From positions 128,001 to 192,000 of the forward strand of contig CAWDDT010000011.1 of the NCBI GenBank assembly GCA_963801165.1: a DNA stretch of 64,000 nt, read 5' to 3'. Of the stretch, positions 17,920-28,471 are shown piece after piece; positions within the stretch are counted from its first letter, which is position 1; each line of letters starts with the position of its first letter. Position numbers and translations under genes: made by a program. The notes beneath the pieces are model-generated. The model did not search any database. It was not told where the DNA came from and saw nothing but the letters and a program-made list of their open reading frames with translations. This DNA is from an uncultured bacterium (lineage in GTDB: Bacteria > Actinomycetota > Acidimicrobiia > Spongiisociales > UBA5794).

Positions 17920-20900
17920 TCAGAGCGGCTGGCGGGGGCTTTCGGGGGGGCCCTCGTCGGTGGGGACGAAACTGGCGTCCGTGGTGAGGATGATCTTGTC
18001 GAGAATGAGACCATCATCACCCATGAAGACCTGGAACGTATGCACCCCGCCATCCGAGACCTCGATCGAAACGGGCGTCGGCAAGCGACCCACGTTCGAC
18101 CACGTCCACTCCCCGACCCCATCGCTCCAGCTGCCGTTGCCGCCGGCCGCTACGCCCCCAGCCACATCTCCGTCGATCCCGACAAAGACCCCCTTGGACC
18201 GTATGTCAAGTGCCCATGCGCGCACCCAGACATAGTAGGTGCCCGTCGTGGTGAAATCGATGTCGAAGGTCATCTCGGGCGAGGTCGTCGGCAGATTGTC
18301 GCGCAACCGGGTGCCATCGTCCGGCAGCGCCTGCATCGCCGCCTCCCCGCTGAACCCGGCTGGATCGGTGACCTCGGTCCATGTGTCACCACTCCGGGTG
18401 ATGTTCTCGAAGTAGCTCTCGGCTTCGAAGACGACAGTGCCGTCGGCTTCGATGAAAGCTCCCTCGCCACCGCCCGCCGCAACCGTCACATCATTTGATG
18501 TCATACCAGTCGCACCATCATCATCGGTCGCCGTCAACGACACCGAATAGGTGCCACCACCAGCAAAGCTATGCGACGGTGACTGCAGCGTCGACGAACC
18601 ACCATCACCAAAGTCCCAATCCCAACTGACCACCGAACCATCCGAATCAGACGACGTATCGGTAAACGTGCAATCCAAATCCGTACACGACGAGGTGAAG
18701 TCCGCCGTCGGAGCAACATTCCCGGCAGCAACCGTCACATCATTCGATGTCATACCAGTCGCACCATCATCATCGGTCACCGTCAACGACACCGAATAGG
18801 TGCCACCACCAGCAAACGAATGGCTAGGAGACTGCACACTCGACGTGCCACCATCACCAAAGTCCCAATCCCAACTGACCACCGAACCATCCGAATCAGA
18901 CGACGTATCCGTAAACGTGCAATCCAAATCCGTACACGAGAACGTGAAATCAGCCGTCGGAGCAACATTGCCGCCGGACACCGTCACATCCTGCGCAAAT
19001 GTGCCGGTAGCGCCGTCATCATCGGTCACCGTCAACGACACCGAATAGGTGCCACCACCAGCAAACGAATGGCTAGGAGACTGCACACTCGACGTGCCAC
19101 CATCACCAAAGTCCCAATCCCAACTGACCACCGAACCATCCGAATCAGACGACCCGTCCGTAAACGTGCAGTCCAAATCCGTACACGAGAACGTGAAATC
19201 AGCCGTCGGAGCAACATTGCCGCCGGACACCGTCACATCCTGCGCAAATGTGCCGGTAGCGCCGTCATCATCGGTCACCGTCAACGACACCGAATAGGTG
19301 CCACCACCAGCAAACTATGGCGACGGAGACTGCACGTCGACGTGCCACCATCACCAAAGTCCCAATCCCAACTGACCACCGAACCATCCGAATCAGACGA
19401 CCCGTCCGTAAACGTGCAGTCCAAATCCGTACACGACGACGTAAACGAGGCAGTAGGCGCGACGTTACCCGACGCAACCGTCACATCCTGCGACAGTGCG
19501 CCGGTAGCGCCGTCATCATCGGTCACCGTCAACGACACCGAATAGGTGCCACCACCAGCAAAGCTATGCGACGGTGACTGCAGCGTCGACGAACCACCAT
19601 CACCAAAGTCCCAATCCCAACTGACCACCGAACCATCCGAATCAGACGACGTATCGGTAAACGTGCAATCCAAATCCGTACACGACGAGGTGAAGTCCGC
19701 CGTCGGAGCAACATTCCCGGCAGCAACCGTCACATCATTCGATGTCATACCAGTCGCACCATCATCATCGGTCACCGTCAACGACACCGAATAGGTGCCA
19801 CCACCAGCAAACGAATGGCTAGGAGACTGCACACTCGACGTGCCACCATCACCAAAGTCCCAATCCCAACTGACCACCGAACCATCCGAATCAGACGACG
19901 TATCCGTAAACGTGCAATCCAAATCCGTACACGAGAACGTGAAATCAGCCGTCGGAGCAACATTGCCGCCGGACACCGTCACATCCTGCGCAAATGTGCC
20001 GGTAGCGCCGTCATCATCGGTCACCGTCAACGACACCGAATAGGTGCCACCACCAGCAAACGAATGGCTAGGAGACTGCACACTCGACGTGCCACCATCA
20101 CCAAAGTCCCAATCCCAACTGACCACCGAACCATCCGAATCAGACGACCCGTCCGTAAACGTGCAGTCCAAATCCGTACACGAGGCAGAGAAGTGCGCCG
20201 TCGGAGGAACGTTGGGTGGCGGTGCACCGAGATGAGCGGCGAGACGCGCCGCTAGATCCGCCTGGACTGCGGCGTAGTCTCCGTTGTCCCAGAGGTTCAC
20301 GATCTCCCAAGGGTCGTCGTTGAGGTTGTACATCTCGAACTCGCCCGCTTCGGTCAGATCGACATATTTGTACCAATCACCGTCTGTACCAATCCCGACG
20401 ATCCCGTCGTAGAAGGGATCATTGCCGTGGATGAACCATTCATCTCGCCACGTCGTCTGCGGATCGTTGAGTAGCGGCACCAGGCTCATGCCCTCGACGC
20501 CTATCGTCGGAGTCGCACCGGCAAGATCCGCAAGCGTCGGCGCGATGTCGATGTTGAGCACGTAATCGTCGCTGTTGACGCTCCCCGGGGTGGCTCCGGG
20601 ACAGACGTTGGGCGGGCACACCACTACGTACGGCACCTGATGGCAGGTGTAATACTCGCAGCCCTTGTTCCGCCAATGTTGCTCGCCGTTGGCCATCCCG
20701 TTGTCAGAGATGAAAATCCAGACGGTGTTGTCGAGCCGCCCATCACTCGCCAGTTGATCGTGAAGGGCACCGACCATGTCATCGACCGACAACGTCATCT
20801 CAATGGAATTCGTCATCGTGCGCTCGATCCGGTCAAGGACCCTGTCCGGCAGATCGGTAGTAGGCAGATGAGACGGAGTGTTCGGCGATGGAAGCACGTT

Positions 20901-21803
20901 CGTGGACGGGTAGTGCGGGATGTTGATCCCCTGAAACGCTCCCACGTGTCGATCCTCGACGTTGATCGGCAGATGCGGGCTCGCCGGGTTCAAATCGAGG
21001 AAGAACGGCGTCTGCGTATCCTCCTGAAGGAAGTCGAGCGCCAGCCTGCATACGTAGTCGGTCGAGTAGTAGTTGCCGACGGCGCACGCCTCACCCGATG
21101 TCGAGTCGGCGTTATTGAAGCGCGTGATCAGAGGCTCCTCGTCACCGGCTTGCCAACTGATCCATGGATAGTCGGTGTACGGATCGTCACTGTTGTGAAA
21201 GTCGTGATAGACCTCCCACGTGTCCCAGCCCGGTGGGATGTACCCGGAGAATGGCCCATAGCCGTAACCGTTGAGGTACTTTCCCATCAGCGCATTGCGG
21301 TAGCCGGCAGCCTGCAGCCAGGTGGCGATGGTTGACGAGTCGTCGAGCAGTGATCCGTTGTTATACGTGACGCCGTGGGTGGTCGAGTACTGACCGGTGA
21401 GGATGCTGGCGCGAGAGGGACAGCAGAGCGATTGGGTGACGTTCCCATGGAGAAACGTTATCCCCGCAGATTGGAGAAGGCTCTGGACGTTGGGCATACA
21501 GGCGTCGGCACCCGCGTGGAAGTCATATGGATCCAGTTCCGGACTGCAGCGACCGATCGTGTCCCACTTCTGGTCGTCCGTGACAATAAGGACGAAGTTC
21601 GGTTGACTGGCGCTCTCGGTTGCGGACGGCGCCGGGGGCACTGCAGCGACGGGCGCCGGTGCCACGGTAGTGGTAGGCGCAGCCGGCACAGGCCCGGCCT
21701 CGGATCCAATAGCTTGTGGCTGAAACCCCGAAAACAAGCTCATGAACATCAACACTGCCGACAAGATCGCGAAATACCGATATCTAGATAGACTCGCCCG
21801 CAC
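17920..21803 (-). CDS. Secreted formylglycine-dependent sulfatase + 7 PKD domains + C-terminal carbohydrate-binding-like domain; 1-nt frameshift near 19320-19340
   Basis: Signal peptide, PNFVLIVTDDQ, CCPSRASILTG, GKYLN, SDNG; WDWDFGDG PKD repeats continue across ORFs 19281..21839 and 17920..19290; GTG 21803 with SD AGGAGG. Confidence 0.88.
18472..20213 (-). repeat. Seven tandem 249-bp PKD-coding units; units 1-3 recur near-identically as 5-7 at a 995-bp offset
   Basis: Identical shadow ORFs at 18551/19546 and 18800/19795, and matching N-terminal halves at 19049/20044. Confidence 0.95.
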
Positions 21804-21983
21804 GATGACCCCTCCTATTGCTCGGCGAGCTGTAGCCATCAGACCAGAGGCTCACCTGCCCGCCTCCCTCTGTGCGGGCAATCTCCCAAGCGAACATACG
21901 CGGGAGAGCGCGACGCTGTGCCACTTATTACCGTCTATGACCCGGGACAGGGCAGCGCACAGCCAGGAAGCATCCGTACCGGG

Positions 21984-22490
21984 CTAATACACCAGCTTGC
22001 GCACCGCACGAAGCACGGACCCGTCGGTAACGAGATCGGGCACTGCCGGGAGCGGAACCCAGCGGACGGCGAGCACTTCATCCGAGTCGGCAAGACGCTC
22101 GCTCTTTGCCTCGAGCAGGAACCTGACATCGAAGTGGAGATGGCCCGGTCTATCCCCGTGCGGCGGAATGTCATGCACGTCGACATCGAAGATGCCATCG
22201 CGGAGCGGTCCCCCCACGACACCCGTCTCCTCCTCTACCTCACGGATAGCCGCGGTCAGCACGTCCTCACCCGGTTCGACATGGCCACCCGGCTGGAGCC
22301 AGGTTCTCAGCTTGCCGTGAAGGATGAGCAGCAGGTTGGCATGGGTGGAGTCGAGGACAAAGGCGCTCGCAGTGACATGGCCGGGCGTGTAGAAGCCGGC
22401 GGACATGACCGCGCCTTCGGCACCGATCAGGTCGAGGATCGCCGCGACAGCGTCGCTCTCGCCGGGTGACGGTTCGAAACGCTCGAGCAA
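21984..22490 (-). CDS. NUDIX hydrolase (start uncertain)
   Basis: GHVTASAFV, Nudix box GGHVEPGE...AAIREVEEETG, HLHFDVRF. Confidence 0.9.
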   Translation of the reverse strand: MLERFEPSPGESDAVAAILDLIGAEGAVMSAGFYTPGHVTASAFVLDSTHANLLLILHGKLRTWLQPGGHVEPGEDVLTAAIREVEEETGVVGGPLRDGIFDVDVHDIPPHGDRPGHLHFDVRFLLEAKSERLADSDEVLAVRWVPLPAVPDLVTDGSVLRAVRKLVY

Positions 22491-22529
22491 GGCTCGCAGC
22501 TGGAGGCGGTGCTGGTCGGAGATGGTTGG

Positions 22530-22880
22530 CTAGACGAACTCGATGATGGCCATCTCGGTGCCATCACCACGCCGTGGGCCCAACTTGACGATTCGTGTGT
22601 AACCGCCGTCACGATCCTCGTAACGCGGCGCGACATCGTCGAACAATTTGGTCACCACAGCCTTGTTCTGGATTCTGCGGAGAACCAGCCGCCGGGCATG
22701 GAGATCGCCGCGCCGGGCCTTGGTGACCATCTTCTCAACGTACGGACGGAGCAACTTGGCACGCGTCGCGGTGGTCGTTATCCGCTCTTCCTGGATGAGC
22801 GATGCCGCCATGTTGGCGAGGATCTTCCGCTGATGCGACGGGCTCCCCCCGATACGGGGACCCTTCTTCGGCTTTGGCAT
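22530..22880 (-). CDS. rplQ: 50S ribosomal protein L17
   Basis: ITTTATRAK, GGYTRIVKLGPRRGD. Confidence 0.98.
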   Translation of the reverse strand: MPKPKKGPRIGGSPSHQRKILANMAASLIQEERITTTATRAKLLRPYVEKMVTKARRGDLHARRLVLRRIQNKAVVTKLFDDVAPRYEDRDGGYTRIVKLGPRRGDGTEMAIIEFV

Positions 22881-23830
22881 CAGACACGCTCCTCGACTTC
22901 ACCCGAGTGAGTGAGAGAAAGACCCAGCTCGTCGAGCTTTGCGGTGACCTCTTCAAGGCTCTTCTGCCCGAAGTTGGTGATGTTGAGCAGCTCGTCTTCG
23001 GTCTTCTGCACCAGCTCGCCCACCGTCTGGATCTGCGCCCGCCGCAGACAGTTGCGAGGACGTTCGGAGAGGTCAAGCGCCTCGATGGGAAGATCGAGGT
23101 CGGGTGACGTCGATTCGGCGGTGACGATGTCGCCGAGCTCCAGCCCTTCGCCCTCGTCCATGTCGGCGAACAGGCCAAGCAGCTCGCGCAGCGTCTTGCC
23201 GGCCGACGAGACGGCTTCGCTGGCCGACAGCGACGAGTCCGTTTCGACGTCGAGAATGAGCCGGTCGAAGTTGGTCACCATGCCCACCTGGGTGTCATCG
23301 ACACGGAAGGCGACCTTGCGTACCGGAGAGAAAATGGAGTCGATGGGGATGACGCCGATCGTGTCGCTCTTGGAGTTGTGCTCGGCGGAGCGGTAACCGA
23401 CGCCCCGCTCGGCCGTCATCTCGACTTCGAGGGCCCCCGACGACGAGAGCGTCGCCAAATGGAGATCGGTGTTGACGACCTCGATACCTGCAGGCACCTT
23501 GATGTCGCCGGCGGTCACCTCGCCGGCACCCTTGGCGGAGAGGTACAGGGTGTGTGCGCCGTCGCCCTCGACCCGCAGCACGACCCGCTTCAGATTGAGG
23601 ATGAAATCGACAACGTCCTCGACGACTCCCTCGATCGTAGAGAACTCGTGATGGACTCCTTCGATTCGTACCGAAGTGATCGCGGCACCGGGGATACGGG
23701 CGAGCAGGGCACGCCGCAGAGTGTTGCCGAGCGTGTGGCCGAAACCGCGCTCGAGCGGTTCCACAACGAACCGCGAGCGGTTGTCGCTGACCTTCTCTTC
23801 TTCAATATGGGGACGCTGGACGATGAGCAC
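22880..23830 (-). CDS. rpoA: RNA polymerase alpha subunit
   Basis: EPLERGFGHTLGNTLRR, DSIFSPV, alpha-CTD NFGQKS. Confidence 0.98.
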   Translation of the reverse strand: MLIVQRPHIEEEKVSDNRSRFVVEPLERGFGHTLGNTLRRALLARIPGAAITSVRIEGVHHEFSTIEGVVEDVVDFILNLKRVVLRVEGDGAHTLYLSAKGAGEVTAGDIKVPAGIEVVNTDLHLATLSSSGALEVEMTAERGVGYRSAEHNSKSDTIGVIPIDSIFSPVRKVAFRVDDTQVGMVTNFDRLILDVETDSSLSASEAVSSAGKTLRELLGLFADMDEGEGLELGDIVTAESTSPDLDLPIEALDLSERPRNCLRRAQIQTVGELVQKTEDELLNITNFGQKSLEEVTAKLDELGLSLTHSGEVEERV

Positions 23831-23857
23831 GCTCTGCTCCTCCGACTCGGGCTAGGA

Positions 23858-24463
23858 CTACTTCGAGTAAAGCTCGACAACTAGTTGTTCTTTGATCTCT
23901 GTGTCGATCTGTTCACGGCTGGGAACGACGGTCACCGTGGCGGTGCGGGTGTTGGCATCGACGTCGAGCCACTCGGGTGCCGAGCGGTCGATTGTGTCGA
24001 TGGCCTGCTGCACCGCAAAGGTATCTTTGCTGCGCTCCTTGATGGTCACGACATCGCCTGCCCGTACCTGGTACGAGGGGATGTCGACCTTGCTGCCGTT
24101 GACGCGGAAATGGCCATGATTGACCAGCTGCCGCGCCTGGGGGCGGGTACGCGCAAAGCCAGCGCGATACACCACGTTGTCTAAACGACACTCGAGGATC
24201 TGCAAGAGGGTCGTACCGGTGATGCCGGAAGCGCGGTTCGCCTGTTTGTAGTAGCGACGGAACTGCTTCTCGAGCACACCGTAGATGTGACGCAGCTTCT
24301 GCTTCTCGCGAAGCTGGACGAGGTACTGCGATTCACGGATACGACCGCGCCCATGGTCACCCGGCGGGTAGGGCCGACGATCGAAGTACTTGGCCTTGTT
24401 CTCGTCGAGAAGCTGGCGCGCCCTGCGGCTGACCTTGGTACGGGGTCCGGTGTATCGAGCCAT
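23858..24463 (-). CDS. rpsD: 30S ribosomal protein S4
   Basis: MARYTGP, LREKQK, RLDNVVYR, VELYSK. Confidence 0.98.
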   Translation of the reverse strand: MARYTGPRTKVSRRARQLLDENKAKYFDRRPYPPGDHGRGRIRESQYLVQLREKQKLRHIYGVLEKQFRRYYKQANRASGITGTTLLQILECRLDNVVYRAGFARTRPQARQLVNHGHFRVNGSKVDIPSYQVRAGDVVTIKERSKDTFAVQQAIDTIDRSAPEWLDVDANTRTATVTVVPSREQIDTEIKEQLVVELYSK

Positions 24464-24853
24464 CTAGCGACCCTTCCGCTTCTTCGGACGGCAGCCGTTG
24501 TGCGGGATCGGTGTGTTGTCCCTGATCCCGGTGACCTCGATACCCATGTTCTGCAGGGTTCGGATGGCCGTATCACGCCCGGAGCCCGAACCGGCGACGA
24601 TCACGTCGAGTTTCCGCATCCCCATCTCACCTGCTTTACGGGCGGCCTGTTCGGCTGCAACCTGGGCCGCATACGGTGTCGACTTGCGGGACCCCTTGAA
24701 ACCGACCGAGCCGCCGGAGGTCCAAGCTTGAACCCGGCCCTCTTGATCGGTGATGGTGATGATTGTGTTGTTGAAACTCGCCTTGATGTGCGCCTGGCCG
24801 TGGGAGATATTCCTCTTGACCTTGCGACGGCTGCGTTGCTGGGGCTTCGCCAC
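24464..24853 (-). CDS. rpsK: 30S ribosomal protein S11
   Basis: [20 protein letters not shown]. Confidence 0.98.
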   Translation of the reverse strand: MAKPQQRSRRKVKRNISHGQAHIKASFNNTIITITDQEGRVQAWTSGGSVGFKGSRKSTPYAAQVAAEQAARKAGEMGMRKLDVIVAGSGSGRDTAIRTLQNMGIEVTGIRDNTPIPHNGCRPKKRKGR

Positions 24854-24871
24854 TTGCTACCTCTCCGCGAC

Positions 24872-25249
24872 CTACTTGGTGACCTTCTTCTTACCCGCAA
24901 TGGCAACGGCCTTGCCTTTGCGGGTGCGCGCATTGGTGTGGGTGCGCTGCCCACGAACCGGGAGACCGCGACGATGACGGAAACCCTGGTAGGAACCGAT
25001 CTCGATCTTCCGCTTGATGTTCTGGGAGACCTCGCGACGTAGGTCACCTTCAACCGTGAGGTTGGCGTCGATGTACTGGCGGATCCGAACAACTTCGCTG
25101 TCGGTGAGATCACGCACCTGCGTACCCCGATCGATATCGAGATCGTCGAGGATCTGGTGTGAGGTCCTCAGACCGACACCGAAGATATAGGTGAGACCGA
25201 TCTCGACACGCTTATCTCTGGGAAGGTCGGTTCCGGCAATACGAGCCAT
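24872..25249 (-). CDS. rpsM: 30S ribosomal protein S13
   Basis: [24 protein letters not shown]. Confidence 0.98.
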   Translation of the reverse strand: MARIAGTDLPRDKRVEIGLTYIFGVGLRTSHQILDDLDIDRGTQVRDLTDSEVVRIRQYIDANLTVEGDLRREVSQNIKRKIEIGSYQGFRHRRGLPVRGQRTHTNARTRKGKAVAIAGKKKVTK

Positions 25250-25253
25250 ACAG

Positions 25254-25367
25254 TTACCCCTGACGCTGCTTGTGGCGCGGGTTGGAGCAGATCACCCAAA
25301 CGCGCCCATGCCGGCGAATCACCCGGCATTTCTCACACATCTTCTTTACGGACGCTGATACTTTCAT
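25254..25367 (-). CDS. rpmJ: 50S ribosomal protein L36 (Zn type)
   Basis: Manual translation [37 protein letters not shown]. Confidence 0.97.
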   Translation of the reverse strand: MKVSASVKKMCEKCRVIRRHGRVWVICSNPRHKQRQG

Positions 25368-25585
25368 CGGTACCTGTAAATAATCCTGCCGCGTTCGAGG
25401 TCATAGGGAGACATCTCGATGCGCACCTTATCTCCGGGCAGGATCCGGATGTAGTTCATCCGCATCTTGCCAGAGATATGGCACAACACTTCGTGCCCAT
25501 TGTCGAGCTTCACCCTGAACATGGCGTTCGGAAGAGGCTCGACGACGGTGCCTATTACCTCAATTACGTCGTCTTTTTTAGCCAC
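25364..25585 (-). CDS. infA: Translation initiation factor IF-1
   Basis: [20 protein letters not shown]; GTG 25585. Confidence 0.97.
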   Translation of the reverse strand: MAKKDDVIEVIGTVVEPLPNAMFRVKLDNGHEVLCHISGKMRMNYIRILPGDKVRIEMSPYDLERGRIIYRYR

Positions 25586-25696
25586 AAGAAATTGCCGGCC
25601 CGGACTTGGGCCGGACGGCAACTATAGAAACTCCTGCAAGCGTGAGCAAATCGCACGCGCAAACCACGTGCAACCAGAGACGAGCTGCCTCACTAC

Positions 25697-25731
25697 ACAG
25701 TATACGGTCGTCACCGGCTGTTCAAGGGTCT
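25697..25731 (-). promoter_or_regulatory. Putative promoter of the infA-alpha operon
   Basis: AGACCC-TTGAAC-N17-TACTGT (overlapping TATACT). Confidence 0.6.
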
Positions 25732-25841
25732 GGCACCAACACATGACCAGGCCGTCTCGTCGGGAATCGAGCTGTGTCACAGCAACTGATCCGGCGAAGC
25801 GGCACACGAACCGCTTGCTCGATGCTTCCTAGACTCCCCTG

Positions 25842-26915
25842 ATGGGTCAATTGAGTGTCGGCATCATGGGAGCAGGATCGATCGGCTGCTACGTCGGCGG
25901 CCGGCTGCTCGCCTCCCGAGCCGCCGACGTCACGTTTGTTGGTCGTGAGCGAGTGGCACAAGAGCTCGCTGAACACGGTCTGACCGTACGGGACCACAAC
26001 AACGCGGTGACGATCTCGCCCGAGCACATTACGTTCGCAAGTGATCCGGCGGCTGTTGCCGGATGCGACGTCATCGCCGTCTCCGTCAAGAGTGCACATA
26101 CCCCTGAGGTGGGTCAAGACCTCGCCGACGTACTACCGCCGGGAACCACCGTCGTCAGCATCCAGAACGGTGTCCGCAATGCCACGACCCTGCGGGAGAG
26201 CCTCCCCACCTGCACGGTGGTCGCCGGCGTCGTCGACTTCAACGTGGTTTCGCTCGGCGACGGGGTGTTCCACTGTGGTCTCGGCGGTGGCCTGTCGTTC
26301 GCCCGCGGCGCCGCAGCTCTAGCGGACTCGCTTCGCAATGCTGGTTTCGCCGTCACCGAGCATGCCGACATCGCCCCGATCCAGTGGACCAAACTGCTCG
26401 TCAACCTCAACAACGCCGTTAGTGCGCTTTCCGATGTTCCGACCCGCGAGATGCTTGCTAGCCGCAGCTACCGGAGAGTGATCGCCGCTCTCATCACCGA
26501 GGGTGTAGCCACTCTACGAACTGCGGGGATTCGCCCGGCGCCATTGCGAGGTCTGCCCGTGGCACTGATGCCAAGGATTCTGCGTCTTCCCGACGCCCTT
26601 GCCCACATCGTGTTGCGTGCCCAGATCCGCGCCGATCCGCACGCCCGGTCCTCGATGTGGGAAGACCTGACCCGGCGGCGCTCGACCGAGGTCGATTTTC
26701 TCAATGGTGAGATCGTGAGACTCGGCGCCGACGCTGGTGTATCCGCCCCGCTCAACAGCCGCATGGTCGAGCTGGTCCACGCCGCAGAAGCTGCCGGCGC
26801 GGGCCCGCCGGGCATCAGCGCCGGTGCGCTGTGGGATGAGCTGCGCGCCGCGGGCAGGTTTGACTTCGCTCCCGCCGCGCGGTGGCTCCGCCGCGCTACT
26901 CGGTCGTGGTTCTAA
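25842..26915 (+). CDS. panE: 2-dehydropantoate 2-reductase family protein
   Basis: GAGSIG, QNG, WTKLLVN, SSMWEDL, TEVDFLNG; TAGACT 6 nt upstream of ATG (leaderless). Confidence 0.85.
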   Translation: MGQLSVGIMGAGSIGCYVGGRLLASRAADVTFVGRERVAQELAEHGLTVRDHNNAVTISPEHITFASDPAAVAGCDVIAVSVKSAHTPEVGQDLADVLPPGTTVVSIQNGVRNATTLRESLPTCTVVAGVVDFNVVSLGDGVFHCGLGGGLSFARGAAALADSLRNAGFAVTEHADIAPIQWTKLLVNLNNAVSALSDVPTREMLASRSYRRVIAALITEGVATLRTAGIRPAPLRGLPVALMPRILRLPDALAHIVLRAQIRADPHARSSMWEDLTRRRSTEVDFLNGEIVRLGADAGVSAPLNSRMVELVHAAEAAGAGPPGISAGALWDELRAAGRFDFAPAARWLRRATRSWF

Positions 26916-27004
26916 GGATGTCGTGGTTCCAAGGATGTCGTGGTTCTAAGGATGTCGTGGTTCTAAGGATGTCGTGGTTCTAAGGATGTCGTGGTTCTAA
27001 GGAT
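26903..27004 (+). repeat. Six tandem copies of 17-bp GTCGTGGTTCTAAGGAT
   Basis: Direct reading; copy 2 has one T>C change; copy 1 contains the panE TAA stop. Confidence 0.97.
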
Positions 27005-27124
27005 ATTGAAGGGCGACATCCGCAAGGGCCAGCAATCCCCCATCTCGGGGGGATCGGACGGGCGCAGCCCGGCCGAGGGGGACACAGCCAACGGCGACCA
27101 TCGCTTGTCCTTCCGCCCGGTTTC

Positions 27125-27147
27125 TTGTCACTGGCGGTTGATACCTT
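27125..27147 (+). promoter_or_regulatory. PafBC / RecA-NDp-type DNA-damage promoter, leaderless
   Basis: TTGTCACTG-GCGGTTGA-TACCTT versus consensus tTGTCRGtg-N8-TAnnnT; ATG 6 nt downstream. Confidence 0.7.
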
Positions 27148-27153
27148 GTCGTC

Positions 27154-28270
27154 ATGTTGTTTACCGATCCCGATGTTGTCGTCGATTTCCGGGCCGAGTT
27201 GGCAGAGAACAATGCCGACATTGCCCGTCTCCAGGCACGCCAGTTGACCCTGCTCAACCAGCTACACCGGGCCGGGGTCGCTCAGGCCGACGGGGCCCGC
27301 TCCATGATCGACTGGACCGCAGCCACCCTGGACGTCAACCACAACAACGCTCAGCAAATGGTCGATGCCGCCAATCGCATGTACCGCACCGACCCGCACC
27401 TATACCGACAGTTCGAAGCCGGCGACATCACCTTCGACCGGGCCATCGCCACCCTCAACCTGATCGGCACCCAAGCCCCCACCGCTGTCATCGAACGCAG
27501 CCTCCACATCGATCTGACCGCAGTCAACCGGCTCACCCACCAGTACCGGCGGATCACCCGCAAAGACGAACAACAAGCCTTCTGTGACCGCTACTTCACC
27601 ATCCAACCCAACCTGGACAACACACAATGGCGGGGCAGCTTCGAACTCCCCGCCACCGAAGGCTCCATCGTCGACCAAGCCATCGCCGGGCAAGCAGACC
27701 AGCTACGACGGCTCCCCGGCTCGGACCGTTACACCCGCAGCCAACTCAACGCCGACGCCCTGGTGATGATCTCCCAAGACTCCCTCGACAACAACACCAC
27801 CGGCACATCTTCAGGCTGTTCGGCGGCCACGGTGTTTGTTGATTTGGACCGGGCCAACGGCACATCCGGTGAGATGGGTGTCGAGCTGCGAATACGGACC
27901 GAGGGTCGGACCAACCGTCCTTGAAGAAGTTCTGTGTGGCGGCACCGTCCGCATCGTCGGACTAAAAGACGGTCAACCCGTCGTCACCACCCGGGCAACC
28001 TCGACAATCCCACCCGCGATACGTGACTTTGTGGCCTGGCGCGACAAAAGCTGCATCGTCAACGGCTGCCACAGCCGCTACCGCCTCCAAATCCACCACA
28101 TCAACCACCGAGCCCACGGCGGCGACCACGACCCCAACAACCTCGCAACCTTGTGCTGGTTCCACCACCACATCGCCATCCACCACACCGGATTCACCCT
28201 CAACCTGAGCGACCCACCCCACTGTCGCAGACTCATCAAACCCAACCACGCCCACGACCCACCCCGGTGA
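27154..28270 (+). pseudogene. DUF222 / 13E12-repeat-family HNH endonuclease, 1-nt insertion frameshift near 27886-27889
   Basis: N-terminal DGARSMIDW..., ADALV; C-terminal RDKSCIVNGC...IHHI...GG.....NLATLCWFHH; frames join at GTC GAG CTG c GAA TAC. Confidence 0.8.
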
Positions 28271-28471
28271 CACGACGTCCACTTCCCCCAGCCGAGGCCA
28301 CGACCCACCCTGGTGATGCTGCCGTGACTTCCCCCTGCCGTACTCCGCCGAGCCGACCAACCCGCCAACCCGCCGGCCCGGATCGAGCCCCCTACCTAGA
28401 GAACCCTCGCATCGGAGGGCGCTTTGGCGCGCCCGCATGAACGGGTCCGACCAGCCGCGCCAAATACCTGT

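Noticed and set aside
26903-27004. Possible CRISPR array
   Set aside because: The 17-bp units are contiguous with no spacers, and no cas genes are present.
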